DNA from: a virus
Reading direction: 5' to 3' (one strand)
DNA: 64,000 nt
Virus record (IMG/VR): IMGVR_UViG_3300021256_000005
Under the pieces are notes generated by a model that saw only the letters and a list, made by a program, of their open reading frames with translations, ran no database searches and had not been told where the DNA came from. A program made the position numbers and the translations under genes. The number at the start of each line of letters is the position of its first letter. The stretch's first letter is position 1. Below are positions 9,936 to 21,200 of the stretch, piece after piece.

Positions 9936-10254
9936 TTCTGACGCCTTCCTTTCGGAGTATTTTTCTTCGTGCCAATATCGAGTAGAGGACATGTGTTTCC
10001 CTGTTGTCAATGCATGACATTAGCATTGTTTCTTGGTTTGCACTCACAGAGCTTCAGACTGAAGATTACATCTAAAGGTGTGTCTTTACCTTACTACTTA
10101 ATGTAGTTCATATCTGCAACATATCTTTCGATAGTAGCAGTCACTTAGGCTCGAAACCTATTGTTAAGCCATAGACAAGAGACTTAATGTGTCCACTCTT
10201 GTCTATGTTCACGTACATATTTCTATGTTTTTGATTACTTAACAATTAGTCCTT
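9936..10254 (-). ncRNA. Candidate omega-RNA (HEARO-type) of IscB
   Basis: In IscB loci the omega-RNA lies directly 5' of the ORF on the same strand. This roughly 320-nt block is ORF-free and helix-rich, for example a 12-bp stem catagacaagag/ctcttgtctatg at 10171-10208 and cttcag/ctgaag at about 10053-10065. Confidence 0.6.
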
Positions 10255-13200
10255 TTAATCGTTTTTCTCAAATCTACACTGAAAAACAGCGTTTATTTTA
10301 ACGTCATTTGCTGTCACTTGAATGGATTTCGCCCCTGTCGAGTGCTGATCGTTCCAGTAGAGATCCGCATCAGCATCATTACTTTTACGCTCCCAGATAA
10401 AATACTTTGCATCAAACTGATCGGTCACGTCCTCAGAATTCTTCATCAGCTTTGCTTTCAACGTAATTTCGCCAGTGCCGATATTCGTACCATTTGGGGT
10501 ATCAATATACACTTGATAGGTTTGGCTGTTTTGAATATCCGTATCCAACTGTTCTAATTTGTCAGCTGTATTGTTCTTAAAAGACGTATATTCTACACCG
10601 AATTGGTTGCCGTTACCATCATATACTTTAGCAATATCAATACCGCCGTACTCATTTGGCTCGATAATGTCAAAACCAAGTTTGTCTTTGGACAAAGAAT
10701 TGTCTTTGACCATATCGTTATCAATCAAACCGTCAGCAATAGCATCCTTTGTGATACCATCTGGTGACAATACAACTGCGCCTTGTGGATTACGCAAAAT
10801 CAAAGATGGTTGATTGGAAGTATCATAGCCAAGTTGCACGCCAACATAAGACTTTTGTTTGCCATCTGTGTCAACATATTTACCGCTGATCTGAAGCTTT
10901 GTGCCATCCATTACCATTGCGCCGTTTTCAGAAATGATACGCATTTTATCCGAGACTGTAATGTCTCCTGCCGATAAGTCTGCAACGGTCAGTTCTTTTG
11001 CAATGCCTTTAATAAGAGTGGCTTTTTGGGCGATTAAATCATCCGTCAATTGCTTGTCAACAGTCAAAATATTTGCATTAATAAGTTGTGCCGTAACAGC
11101 GTCAGCGGATACTACTTTGGATGATAACTTGTCAAAAAATGCTTGATCTGCATTTAACAAATTGGTTTCAATTACATTTGCTGTCACCATCTTAGATGAA
11201 AGCTTGTCAATATTCGCTTGATCTGCTTCTAACAGTTTTGTAGAAATCGTGTTTGCTGATAAAAAACTACCAGTCAACGTTCCAAAATTTTGTGAAACGC
11301 TATTACTGATAGCACGATTAACCAGTCCGTTACTTAATAACGACCGAATCATTTCTGGTGTAAAGATATAGTTAGAAATTGTATCAGACTGATTTAAAGA
11401 ACCTAATTGAATACTGTTTTTGGCACTCCTAATAGAATTATTTAACAGGTTTGAAAAATCATCTCTATGGTTTTTATAGTCTGTTATGGTAGAAAATGTA
11501 ATAGTAAGCCCACCGTCATAAATACACGGATTATATGACATACTTACAATACGCAATGTTAGAAACGTATCGTCAGAAATTTCCACATGTACAAATGAAA
11601 ACAGCTTTAACGGTTCATATATATTCTTAAATTCTTCAAGCCCGACAATGTTATTTACCGTATCTTTCCAAGTGTATTGCGGATGTGCATACTGATATAG
11701 TTGATCTGTTGCTTGATATAATAAGTCGGCATGTTGATTCAAAATATCTTGCGTATTCATCATATCGGTAATAATGATATTAGAATCTTCAATATCGGTA
11801 TGCTTATATAAAGATTGCAAAATACGTTCTTCTTCATCAGTAAAACCAAAAGTTTTTCGTTGTACGCTATGCGCAATATCATTCATCTGCTTCTGATAAC
11901 CAGTCATAGCAGAAACCGCATTATCATATTCTTTGGTTCGTTTTTCCAATTCAGCTTTACAAGCGTTGTATTGCGTCTCATAATCTAAATACAGCTGATG
12001 ACACTGCGAATAGTATGTATATGCACTAACGGTTGGTTCTTCTGGTTTCTTATATTCTTGCAATCGCACAAGATTATTTTGATATACTTCCAACAGATTT
12101 TTTAATTCTGTGACACCGTATAATTTATAATCTGTTTTATAATTTTTAATTTCATCTTCTGACTGTTGAAAATATACAAAGTCTGACGGTGAAGATATAT
12201 CTCCACGCTCCAACATAACACCACAAATATCAAATGTTGTGTTTAACTCGTCCCCAAAGAAACCAATCTTCAAAATAGGCGTAGTAGTGTCGGATTGTAC
12301 GACAACCTTCATAAACTGTCGAGTCCACGTTGTAGTAACAGGCATGGAAGCACATTTATCTTTTGTTGGTGTTTCATCTTTGTTGCTTGCATATACATAA
12401 ATCAGTATCGCACTAGAAGAACGCACATAAAAACTCAGCATATAAGTAGTGTTATATGCGTTTAAGTTACCCTGTGTGATACCCCAAAAATCCGTATTAC
12501 CAGAAATTTTGGCATATGAAGTAATACCGAATACTGGCGTATTGTTTTTCTTTGGCGTATCTTCTGTAACTGTCACAGCAAACGTTGTTTGTGCATCTGT
12601 CTTATCCCAGTGGTCACTACTAGAAAATGTTGCATTTGAAACAATATTTCCTGTACCGTAAGAAATGATTTTACTTCTCGTATCCGTAGTAATATCATCT
12701 TTGTTTTGTAACGCACTAATAATAGACGGTAACACATAATTCATTGTTTGCTCATATAAAGACCAATCCGCAGAATTTTTTAGCGCATTAAAATCAAAAT
12801 TTCCATCAGAATCTACATATGTATTTTCTAACGCTTTAATAATGGCTGTGTTGTCTGTATAAGCAGTCTCTAAGTCTGGCGTGTCCATGTATTCCCAGTC
12901 ATTACTTACGGTGTCATTCGGAACTCTTGTATCAAGTTCAGTAACGACTTTTTGACTATCCATATACTGTTTGATTTGTTCAACGTATTTTGGACGCTGT
13001 TCATCACGAAACTTTACCCATGAATTATATTTATCAATAAGTGTTTTCGGAACAAACTTTTCATCCATAAAATATGAATAATCTTCAATATCGGAATCGC
13101 CAAAGTTGGAATACAAAACATTGCCAAATCCATCACCACCACGAACTGTAGCAGAAGTATATAATTCGTTTGCTTTTGTAGCTTCGATATTTTCTTGAAT

Positions 13201-14055
13201 ATTGCGCCAACCGATAAACACGTTTGTATCTTCGCCAATATTATCTACATAAGTAGCATTGATTAAACGATTATCAGTATCAAACGTAAAAATACATTGA
13301 AAAGCCTGTGATACATCCTGCGTTAAAAAAGAATATACATCTTGATTATCAACGGAAAATGCGTATACTTCATTTGGCAAATATACTTCACGTGTTGTAC
13401 CGTCGTATTTTTTTATAGTCCGTGGCTTTGTGTCTATTTTTCCAATTTTCCACAAACCTTGCTCAATATTGTCAACCCAATTTTCATGCATTACGCCATT
13501 TTCATCATACGTGACAGTAGAAGGAATAATACCAGACTGAGCCAATATAATATGTAACAAGGATCTTTCTGGGTGTATATCATCATAAAATACAATTGGT
13601 ACATATACTGGCTGATTCGATTGCTGTAATAGGTCTTTGTAAAAATCTTGATCTTTATATTTGTTATAAAACCGCATCATCCAGTCGTTTGTGTTGCCAG
13701 TACCGACTTCAAACTCTTGCAGGTCGAAATTCTGCAACTGAATCTCCGCAGACTCCGCAACAACTTCAAGATATTCCGAACGCTTTCCATTGTTTACAAT
13801 CTTTGGTGCTTCATTGATGATGTACCAAATACCATCGACATATATCTGCATCATTTCAACGATAGACGTATAAAATGATGAATCAATTCCGTCAATATAC
13901 CGATCAACTTCAAACGATAATTCTGCCGTATTCTGTGCATTTAGATTAACAACAACAGATGATTTTTTAACACCGTTTAGCGCACCTAATAACCGCCGAT
14001 CAGAAGTAGCGAGATAAATTTCATTCTCGTCTGCTTTACCATTGAAGTAATACAT
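10255..14055 (-). CDS. Tail-associated lysin / tail tip protein (Tal; prophage-tail-endopeptidase-like N terminus, 1266 aa)
   Basis: The N terminus (MYYFNGKADENEIYLATSDRRLLGALNG) is typical of siphovirus minor structural proteins. The gene follows Dit with a 1-nt overlap. The C-terminal half contains coiled-coil fibre repeats (LLNADQAFFDKLSSK and similar). Confidence 0.8.
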   Translation of the reverse strand: MYYFNGKADENEIYLATSDRRLLGALNGVKKSSVVVNLNAQNTAELSFEVDRYIDGIDSSFYTSIVEMMQIYVDGIWYIINEAPKIVNNGKRSEYLEVVAESAEIQLQNFDLQEFEVGTGNTNDWMMRFYNKYKDQDFYKDLLQQSNQPVYVPIVFYDDIHPERSLLHIILAQSGIIPSTVTYDENGVMHENWVDNIEQGLWKIGKIDTKPRTIKKYDGTTREVYLPNEVYAFSVDNQDVYSFLTQDVSQAFQCIFTFDTDNRLINATYVDNIGEDTNVFIGWRNIQENIEATKANELYTSATVRGGDGFGNVLYSNFGDSDIEDYSYFMDEKFVPKTLIDKYNSWVKFRDEQRPKYVEQIKQYMDSQKVVTELDTRVPNDTVSNDWEYMDTPDLETAYTDNTAIIKALENTYVDSDGNFDFNALKNSADWSLYEQTMNYVLPSIISALQNKDDITTDTRSKIISYGTGNIVSNATFSSSDHWDKTDAQTTFAVTVTEDTPKKNNTPVFGITSYAKISGNTDFWGITQGNLNAYNTTYMLSFYVRSSSAILIYVYASNKDETPTKDKCASMPVTTTWTRQFMKVVVQSDTTTPILKIGFFGDELNTTFDICGVMLERGDISSPSDFVYFQQSEDEIKNYKTDYKLYGVTELKNLLEVYQNNLVRLQEYKKPEEPTVSAYTYYSQCHQLYLDYETQYNACKAELEKRTKEYDNAVSAMTGYQKQMNDIAHSVQRKTFGFTDEEERILQSLYKHTDIEDSNIIITDMMNTQDILNQHADLLYQATDQLYQYAHPQYTWKDTVNNIVGLEEFKNIYEPLKLFSFVHVEISDDTFLTLRIVSMSYNPCIYDGGLTITFSTITDYKNHRDDFSNLLNNSIRSAKNSIQLGSLNQSDTISNYIFTPEMIRSLLSNGLVNRAISNSVSQNFGTLTGSFLSANTISTKLLEADQANIDKLSSKMVTANVIETNLLNADQAFFDKLSSKVVSADAVTAQLINANILTVDKQLTDDLIAQKATLIKGIAKELTVADLSAGDITVSDKMRIISENGAMVMDGTKLQISGKYVDTDGKQKSYVGVQLGYDTSNQPSLILRNPQGAVVLSPDGITKDAIADGLIDNDMVKDNSLSKDKLGFDIIEPNEYGGIDIAKVYDGNGNQFGVEYTSFKNNTADKLEQLDTDIQNSQTYQVYIDTPNGTNIGTGEITLKAKLMKNSEDVTDQFDAKYFIWERKSNDADADLYWNDQHSTGAKSIQVTANDVKINAVFQCRFEKND

Positions 14056-15158
14056 TAGTATGCACCTACTTTCAATTCTTCACGGTACGTTATTTTAACC
14101 GTACAATTACCAGTTACGCTAATTTCATTATCACCGTCAAATAGCTTTAACCAATATACCTTTGATGCATCTGAAATACCAATATCGGTTAGCCGAAGCG
14201 GAAGATCACTCGTTGTTGTTACCGTCATAAGCCGATTGTCAAATGTCATTTCATCGTTTTTGGCATACGGTGTAAATGTCAGCGATTTATTATCAACACT
14301 ATTTGTGATTGTAATTTTGTTTGTGTCATTCGGTAACACACGCATTACTGGATAAACCCAATGATTGTCTGTATTCAAATGAATCTTAATTTTTGCTGTA
14401 TCAGTAGAATTTACTGTAACTGTCTTTTTCTCGCCATAACCAAACGGCGAATCACATCTAAACGTCACAGTTAACCCAACTAACCCATTGTAATTATTAT
14501 CTTCAATATTTGTTACAACACCACAATAATCAACTGGAATATCTAAAATACTTTCGTCTGTTTCAAAATTATACATATGAAAGAGTGATGGAAAGTCTGG
14601 TTCAGTCAACCACGCAATAATATTACGAATTTCAGAACGAGTAAACCGTGGATTATATGTATATGTTGTTTCATATTTATATGTGACAATAGCAATATGT
14701 AGTGCCTGAGTCGCTAATTCGTCCGAAAATTTAATATATTTTTGTTGCTTTTGTTCACCCGATGCAGTAGTGATTTCTTCCGTTGTAAAGCTATACTGTT
14801 TATCGTTTAAAGTAGCATAATTTCCTGTTCCATCAGTAATATCAATGTTAACTACATTACTATAATTAACTGGAAATTTTGTACCAGTAGATAAATCATA
14901 TTTTTGAATTTCTTGTTTCATTACTGTAGGATCATCTTTACATGGTAGTTTAATAAATCCAATCTGAAACTCAAGTGTTTCGTTATAAACCATACCATAA
15001 TGATTCGGTTTTGAAGAATAACGATTTAAGTCACTCGCTTGTACGTCTCGTTTCATACCGAGTGGAATACTTTGTGCCTGTTCAAATGAACCAATCGCAA
15101 TATTAAATTCCTCAGATGAATGTCCATTATAAGTAAAATATTTGCCAAAAATTGCCAT
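14055..15158 (-). CDS. Distal tail protein (Dit, Sipho_tail-like)
   Basis: The N terminus (FTYNGHSSEEFNIAIGSF) is typical of Dit. It occupies the canonical TMP-Dit-Tal position. Confidence 0.75.
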   Translation of the reverse strand: MAIFGKYFTYNGHSSEEFNIAIGSFEQAQSIPLGMKRDVQASDLNRYSSKPNHYGMVYNETLEFQIGFIKLPCKDDPTVMKQEIQKYDLSTGTKFPVNYSNVVNIDITDGTGNYATLNDKQYSFTTEEITTASGEQKQQKYIKFSDELATQALHIAIVTYKYETTYTYNPRFTRSEIRNIIAWLTEPDFPSLFHMYNFETDESILDIPVDYCGVVTNIEDNNYNGLVGLTVTFRCDSPFGYGEKKTVTVNSTDTAKIKIHLNTDNHWVYPVMRVLPNDTNKITITNSVDNKSLTFTPYAKNDEMTFDNRLMTVTTTSDLPLRLTDIGISDASKVYWLKLFDGDNEISVTGNCTVKITYREELKVGAY

Positions 15159-15216
15159 ACTCTCACCACCTTTATAATAGTGACGGCACAGTATAGTACC
15201 GCCACTACGTTATAAA

Positions 15217-18200
15217 TTACCTCAGTCCTGTTTTTCGTATATCTTGATACATACGCTTTGAAGTATATTCATAGCTTTGTTCAAGTAAATCTTTTACCTT
15301 TGGATATGTTTCAGCATCAATACTACCTTCAACATTTAACAAACTATCATAGTGAATATTGATATTTGGAACAATCGTAGTAGCCTTACGTGTTGTATTT
15401 ATCAATTTCTGCATACGCTCTACAGAATCAATAAAATCTGGAACGCTATTCTGCGTGAACGATTTCGGAAGTACCATTTCACCATATTGCGCAGTAATAA
15501 TACCATCGTCACCATTCATTAAATCAGATAACGGAATCAGCCGATCAATAACACCGCCTTGCGAATACCCTTTGACACCACGATTATGCAATGCGCCCTT
15601 AAATTCTTTTGAGTAGATTTTATTGTTCTTAACATATTTCTTGTAAGATTTTTCATCATACTTAAAGTCTTTAATAACGCCAGTTGGCAAATTTACTCTA
15701 CGTACAATAGAATTTTTTCCTTTTGTATTAAAGAATAAATTACCATGGCTATCCACTGTTCCTTGCACACCGTTCATCTGAACTACAGTACCACCAATAA
15801 TTCCTGCTTTTCTAAGAGAGTTCAAAGACAACTTCTGGAATTTCTTAGCGTCTGGCGTATATGAGTTAATAATTGCCAATACTTTTTGCCGTATTAACTT
15901 TTCGGCTTGTTTTTGTTGAACTGTCTTTGCTGTCGATTTTTTCTTAGCAGTAGTAGTTTTTGGTGTGGTTTTAGTAGTAGTAGGAGTAGTAGTTTTTGCA
16001 GGAGCAGGAGCGGGTTTTGGTGCATTATAAACATAATCACCACTTGCGTTGTCTTTCCCTTTAGATGCGTTTGTGTTAGTTTTACCAGCGGTACTATCTG
16101 GAATTGAAGTATCTGTTTTAACAGTAGGCGTATCTAATGTAGCAGAATTGTGTGTGTTCAAATCACCGCTAACATTACGTCCCGCATCAGAAGCAGTGTT
16201 GATATTTGTATGTACAGGTTTTGTCTTATTGTTAAGACCTTCTGTAGTTGTACCAGTCCGTTTAATAACATCATTGATATAATTATAGGCATCATCATAT
16301 TCCGCTTTTATCTTATCAAGCATATCCTTGACAATATCAATCTGGAACTGACTATTTGTTTTTAATTGATCTAATGTGTTATTCAGTGCTTTATTGGTAT
16401 TGTTGGCAAGATCGTCATAACCATCAGAGATCAAATTGATTTTATGACTACGAACCGTATCGTCATAATCTTCCTGTGCATCTTTTAACTGCTGTTGCAA
16501 TTGCAGTAATTTTGCCGCACCTGCTTCACTTGAAACACCTTGCAAAGCGGCTATTTCAGCTTTTAACTGGTTAATATCTTTATTTTTATCTTTGAGAGTT
16601 TTATTATAATCATAATAATCCTCTTTTGCAGATAAAGCAGATTTTCTCAAGTTGATATTATCTTGCAACACCTGATTCTCATTTTGAATCTGTGTCTGAT
16701 AAATATTGATAATAGACTTTTTGAGATTTTCATTCGACTCAACGGCTTGCTGAATACTTTGTGTATATTCAGACATACGCTCCGTCAATGTCTGTTCAGA
16801 TATTTCACCAGATTTGTACAGCTTCTGAATAGATGCAATGCCATTTTTCCAACTCTGAATTGCGTCAATATTTTTATTGATCTGTTCGCCAATCAATAAT
16901 AATCCCGCATATCCGCTACGATTTAATTCGCCCGCATCCGAAACAAACGTATCACTATCAAGTAGGTTAAACAAATGAGAAGCATCACGAATATCATTTT
17001 GAATCTTCGTAATCGCACGTGTAAACTTATTGACAGCCGTATTGACTATATTGTCAACCTGTTGGTTAATATCTTCACCAACTGATAAAATCTGTGAATC
17101 AACGTCACTAATCTGTTTTGCTAAATCTTGATATTTTTGACTGTTTGGGTCATAATCATCAAGCTGTTTTACCATTTCAGCACGCTGATCTCGCAACGCT
17201 TTTAAGTAAGATTGATTGTTCTGAATCGTCAGTTGAGCGTTTTTAATAGCATCATTATCCATCGTATCAAACGATGCATGTTTTGATGTATTATAAGTCG
17301 CAACTGCTTTCAGTCCATCGGCAATACGCCCGAATTTATCAACCACCCACTGTTTTAATGTGAGTCTGATCTCTTTCATCTGGTTAATCAATTCTTGTGA
17401 CGTATTCTTTGAGTCAATTACCTGCTGTTTGATTTCATTATATGTAGCTTTAATGCTCAGATAGTATTCACGTTGTGCTACATATTCATTTTTAGAATCA
17501 GTAACTTTCTTCTTGTCTTGTGCTGTTTTTGCCTGTTGTTTGCTTAACGCCTTTTTATCAGCTTTTACCTTTTTGGAATTTTTACCATATTTCTTTTGGT
17601 CTTTTGCTAATTTAGCTTGCAGTTTCTTTTGCTTCTCAACATCTTTAGCGTACTGCTTCGTTGCTTTTGTGTTAATAGTATTCGTATCACGAACCGCTTT
17701 ACGAGCATTAACCATTTCTTTTGCATAAGCATCTTGCTCTTTTTCGTATTGAGAAGTAGCTTTATTTTGTAAACTATGTTGTTTCGCTAAATTGCTATAA
17801 TAACTTCCAGAAATATTTTTACCCTGATTTTCGAGAAGCTGATTAGTAGATTCGTAAATTCCTTTTTCAGTCGTGTAAACATTAGCAGAAGTCTCATAAT
17901 ATGTTTTAATATTATCAAGACGTTGCTGTTCAATATCCGCAATCTTTTGTTGCCATGCAATCTGTTGATCTACAGCTGACTGTGCTTTATCATACCAAGA
18001 CTGATATTCATTGATTAACTCTTTGGTGACTGGATTTTTAATCTTCTGAATTGCCTTATAGTTTCCATCACGTACAAGTTTTTTGTATTTCGATGAAAGA
18101 CTAGCAGTCACAGAATATTGTTTGCCATTCTCTTTGAATTTTACAGTACGTTTTTTTACAGAAGCATCGGCTTGCTTCATATACCGTTTAGCTGATGTGG

Positions 18201-21200
18201 TTGCTTTTCGGTAAGAATCTAACGCAAGGTTATATTCGCTCTGCAAATTTTTCTGACGACTAGTAAAGCTATGTGTAGTATTGGTAGAATTATTATTGTA
18301 CCGATCTAACCGTGTATTCACACGATCAATCCACCGCTCAATCCAGTCATGCAAGTTATCAAATGCTGACGATAATTTATCAGCCGCTTTGCTAAGTTTT
18401 TCCGAAGAACTTAAAGCCTTGGAGTTACCTTTACCGCTAGACTTAGATTTAGACTTAGAAGAAGATTTTCCAGACGATTTACTCGATGATTTACTTGACG
18501 ATTTAGAGGTTGATTTTGACGAAGATTTAGAAGAAGTTTTCTTCTTCTTTTTTTTCGGGTTAGAAATTAAACTAACATGTCCAGTATCACGATTTGCACT
18601 ATAGTATGCAGGAATAGAGCCGTGAGCAAAAGAACCAATCAGTCTGCCGTGTCCTTCGTTAGATGTAACGTATCCATTCTTTAATAATTCAGCAGTTTGC
18701 TTGTGGTTGAATACAATATCGCCAGATTTTAACGACTCAAAATGCGCTCCACCATCTAATAAAGACCATTTTCCATTACGAACAATTGATTCTTGACCAA
18801 TTTCATTGACCAACGCTTTTTGATCTTTTTGTATTGTCACATCTGTGCCGTTGGCAAAGGCGTGAAAAGAACCGTTTGCTTTCGTCATAAATAACGGCTG
18901 TGTACCAGTTGGCACGTTTACCGTTGCCGCATGACCTGTCACACCAATACCCGTTTTACCAGGATATTTATATGCTTTCCCATCACCACTGGTAATACCA
19001 GTGCTACCAACTTTCACGATAACTCGTTTCGTAATTGGTTGACCTAACTCATTAAACAAACTAAAAATATTGCCAGTAGAAGCAGATATTTTGACTGTTT
19101 TATCATGCAGTGCTTTTCTATCTACACGTTGTATAATTTTAGTTGCTAAATCTTTCGCTGACAACTTAACCGTTTTATCTTTAGGTTTCTTCTTGTCAAT
19201 TTTATCAACTTTTTTACTAGCGTTGTCTTTAACGGAAATCGTAAACACTTTATCCATATCAAGACCAGCCGCTTTGAACACCTTATCCAAATTCGACTTG
19301 TCTTTTTTACTCATGGAAATTTTTAACGTACTTTTTCCTTTTGAGTTAATTAACCCCGCAGACTGTTCAGCTTGTAATAACTGATTGTACTGCGATGTAA
19401 CAATACCATTACTAGAATCACTAAGTTTTCCTTTTTTGGTTAATAACTTTGACCAAGAAGTAGCGGTGCTTGATACGTCTTTGGAAACCGTCTTATATTT
19501 CGACTTTGCAGATTTATTATCACTCTTATTAAGTGCTTCTTTATAAGCGTTTAAATCTTTTGTCGCATTAACAACACTAGAATCATCAACTTCAACTTTT
19601 GTCTGAAAAACTTTTCCGTCACTTGCTAAAAGCTGATCTAAGATTGTTTTATCATCCGATTTAACGTTGATTCCCAGATCGAAACCAATCTGATTACCGC
19701 TCTTGTTATAAAGATTTTGTAATGTCCTTGCGGAAGACACCAAATCTTCTTTAACCGCAGACTTTGTTTTATTGCTAACAATTCCGCCTTGTTTAATGGT
19801 GTCTTGCACAGACTGATAAGAATTATACTTACGTCTCAGTGTTTGTAACGCTGTGATCTGTTTCTTTTGATCTTCCGTAGCATTACTGGTATCAGCGTTC
19901 ATATAACTTGATACATATTTATTACTAGCATCCGCATTTTGACGCTTATTATAGTTTAACATCTGTAAACTATGTGTGTAATATTTGACTTTATCCCAGT
20001 CCGCAGAATCAAATTCAGATTTCTTCGTGAGTTTACCGTTATCTGTTAATTTAGCAAGTTCATTAGCAACATCTGTAATTTGTTGTTTTGCTTTTTGAGG
20101 ATCTGTAACATTAAAATCAATACCAATAGTAGTGACGCCATCTGCTTGCAGATCTTTTTTGTCTTGCTCAATACGTTTCTTTAACTCTTTTGTGCTAACT
20201 GGTTCATAATCAAAATGGATTTCAAAACCTTTTTCTTTTAATTCAGATAAAAGCGTATCATAAAGACTTGAACTAATACCCATCTTTTTAGCGGCAGTAT
20301 TAGTATCCATATTAAGGTTATAACCATTTTTATCGTCTTTTTTGAATACACCTTTCGCTATCGCATCTTGAATAAAATTATTTGCACTATCAGTGGTATC
20401 AGAACCAAACCAACGATTTAGTTTACTCTTTACTTTTGTTGAATAAGATTTAGCAAATTTATCAGCATCCCACTTGTTTACATCTGTATCATCTGGGAAA
20501 AACATGCTAACAAACTTTTGAAATCCTTCGTTGCCCCAGTCATGATTGTTGTACAACTGTTGGATAGATTTTTTTGCAGATCGAATAGTATCACTTTGCG
20601 CACCGTACGAACCTGCGCTAATAGCCGTTTGCCATTGATTGAACTTTGATGTAAGAGCAGTGTAAGCAGATACTTGTTGTTCGACTTGACCAATCTCGTC
20701 CTTCAGAGTATCTTGTTGGCGCAGTAACCTTAATTTTGTTTCACTGTCAGTCGTATTATTAATAGATTTTGTAACATCATCATATTGAGTTCGTAAATCT
20801 TCGAGTTGAACTGATGCATCTTTTAAATTAGTATCTGCATAGGCAGAATTTAATTCATTCAAAGACTTAACATTCAGCTTAATACCATTGGCAGAATTTT
20901 CAAAAAGTTTATCTGTATTTAGCCCACTTTCAGAAAATAAACTTGTCAGATTACTAATCGAAGTGGAAGATAACCCCGTAGAAGAATTACTTTCTTTTAA
21001 TGCAGTTTCAATATTAGATATATTCTTTTTTTCTGTATCTAAATCGAACGGAAGAGTAAATCCACCCGTAATGGAACCCATCGAAGATGCGTAATTATTT
21101 ACGGCTTCTGCGGCAGATGTAGCACCACTTACTGCTTCTAGCCATGCTTCTTTTTGAGAATTAGTAAATTTGCCTACATACTTATCAACGTCAATCCACT

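Larger units (their letters stand above)
8642..10254 (-). mobile_element. IscB-type OMEGA element (IS200/IS605 superfamily, no TnpA) inserted between tail genes
   Basis: An IscB ORF plus about 320 nt of structured upstream non-coding sequence fills the whole interval between the Tal stop (10255) and the next structural gene start (8641). Exact ends were not determined. Confidence 0.55.
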
